64,000 nucleotides of DNA from the human T2T-CHM13v2.0 reference genome, Homo sapiens. How positions within the stretch are numbered: the first letter of the stretch is position 1; every line of letters begins with the position of its first letter. Below the pieces are notes generated by a model that saw nothing but the letters and a program-made list of their open reading frames with translations, ran no database searches and was not told where the DNA came from. This document shows positions 62,601 to 64,000 of the stretch, piece after piece. Made by a program: the position numbers and the translations under genes. The DNA is taken from the NCBI RefSeq assembly GCF_009914755.1, contig NC_060928.1; one strand, written 5' to 3'.

Positions 62601-64000
62601 TTTGGGTACTTTGATATTTTATGTACAGTATGTAAAACATACTTTGGGTAGTTTGATATTTTATGATCAGTATATAATACACATTTTGGGTACCTTGATA
62701 TTTTATGTACAGTATATAATACATACTTTGGGTACTTTGATATTTTATGTACAGTATATAATGCATACTTTAGGTACTTTGATAGTTTTTGTACAGTATA
62801 TAATACATACTTTGGGTACTTTGATATTTTATGTACAGTATATAATACATAGTTTGGGTACTTTGATATTTTATGTACAGTATATAATACATACTTTGGG
62901 TACTTTGATATTTTATCTACAGTGTATAATATATACTTTGGGTACTTTGATATATTATGTACAGTATATAATACATACTTTGGGTACTTTGATATTTTAT
63001 GTACAGTATATAATACATACTTTGGGTACTTTGATATTTTATGTACAGTATATAATACATACTTTCGGTACTTTGATATTTTATGTACAGTATATAATAT
63101 ATAGTTTGGGTACTTTGATATTTTATGTACAGTATATAATACATACTTTGTGTACTTTGATATTTTATGTACAGTATATAATACATACTTTGGGTACTTT
63201 GATATTTTATGTACAGTATATAATATATAGTTTGGGTACTTTGATAATTTATGTACAGTGTATAACACATACTTTGGGTACTTTGATATTTTATGTACAG
63301 TATATAATACATACTTTGGGTACTTTGATATTTTATATACAGTATATAATACATACTTTGGGTACTTTCATATTTCATGTACAGTTTATAATATATAGTT
63401 TGGGTACTTTGGTATATTATGTACTGTATATAATACATACTTTGGGTACTTTGATATTTTATGTACAGTATATAATACATACTTTGGGTACTTTGATATT
63501 TTATGTACAGTATACAATATATACTTTGACTACTTTGATATTTTATGTCCAGTATAGAATATATAGTTTTGGTAGTTTGATATTTTATGTACAGTATGTA
63601 GTTTGAGTACATTGATATTTTATGTACACTTTATTATAAATGTTTGGATACTTTCATATTTTATGTACAGTATATAATACATACTTTGGGCACTTTGATA
63701 TTTTATGTACAGTATACAATACATACTTTGGGTACTTTGATATTTTATGTACAGTATATAATACATAATTTGGGTACTTTGATATTTTATTTACAGTATA
63801 TAATGCATACTTTGGGTACTTTGATGTTTTATGTACAGTATATAATACATACTTAGGGTACTTTGACATTTTATGTGCAGTACATAATACATACTTTGGA
63901 TACTTTGTTATTTTAAATACAGTATGTAATATATATTTTGGGTACTTTGATATTTTATGTACAGTATATAATACATACTTTGGTACTTTTATATTTCATG
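46228..64000 (+). repeat. Second copy of the window's first ~14.7 kb (macro-repeat; offset 46227, then 49309 after the deletion)
   Basis: Same unit order 1000-3706-3284-(4734 or 1652)-6429 and the same private variants in 1-14690 and 46228-64000. Confidence 0.88.

Larger units (their letters stand above)
1..64000. repeat. Classical Satellite 1A (HSat1A / SAR) 42-bp tandem array, roughly 1,500 monomers, single orientation, running off both window ends
   Basis: Consensus ACTTTGATATTTTATGTACAGTATATAATACATACTTTGGGT (13A/19T/6G/4C, no CpG) repeats throughout. GTAC sites alternate at 17 and 25 bp, matching the A/B subunits described for human satellite I. Family assignment is from recognition, not a database search; chromosome and species cannot be fixed from the window. 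Confidence 0.95.

Noticed and set aside
49-63869. Hundreds of 60-437 aa ORFs on both strands (TLIFYVQYIIHTLG, YYILYIKYQSTQSM, YFDILCTVYNTYFG and VLYTVHKISKYPKY repeats)
   Set aside because: 42 is divisible by 3 and four frames of the consensus lack stops. ORFs overlap in antisense, many starts are not ATG, there are no unique domains, and ORF ends track the cassette frameshift or random substitutions. Nothing indicates coding selection.
1-64000. CRISPR-like repeat/spacer array or diversity-generating cassette system
   Set aside because: There are no unique spacers, leader, cas, recombinase or reverse transcriptase genes. The variation is point substitution inherited in duplicated blocks.
1-64000. 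Transposon insertions, inversions, or HSat1B, alpha-satellite, HSat2/3 or telomeric segments
   Set aside because: I saw no non-monomer sequence, Alu or L1 fragment, CATTC, TTAGGG array or strand switch. The isolated TTAGGG in CTTAGGGTAC is a single T-to-A variant of TTTGGG.
1-64000. TATA-like promoters (TATATAA in each monomer) and G-quadruplexes (GGG per monomer)
   Set aside because: TATATAA is a trivial result of AT-richness with no other promoter context. GGG runs are 39 nt apart, too far for a canonical G4.

Overview
The whole 64 kb window is one uninterrupted, single-orientation, AT-rich (~24% GC consensus) tandem satellite array. The 42-bp monomer ACTTTGATATTTTATGTACAGTATATAATACATACTTTGGGT has two GTAC (RsaI) sites spaced 17 and 25 bp apart, the signature of human/primate classical Satellite 1A (HSat1A, Repbase SAR), found in pericentromeric and acrocentric heterochromatin. 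I see no genes, RNA genes, transposon insertions, inversions or CRISPR arrays. All ORFs are artefacts of a 42-bp unit that is stop-free in several frames. The array is hierarchical. About 81 'punctuation' cassettes (a 35-bp plus a 41-bp truncated monomer) cut it into blocks of 42n-8 bp. Blocks assemble into higher-order units of 1000, 3706, 3284, 1652, 6429, 3194, 3194, 4776, 4776, 4776, 1000, 3706, 4734, 1000, 3706, 3284, 4734 and (partial) 6429 bp. These appear to sit in a ~46-49 kb macro-repeat, one copy of which has a 3082-bp deletion with a mappable breakpoint. The most novel functional hypothesis is that the minus strand carries a perfect Pumilio response element (UGUACAUA) in most monomers. 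No protein-coding system is supported. Structure was read by eye and from ORF-track offsets, not from computed alignments.
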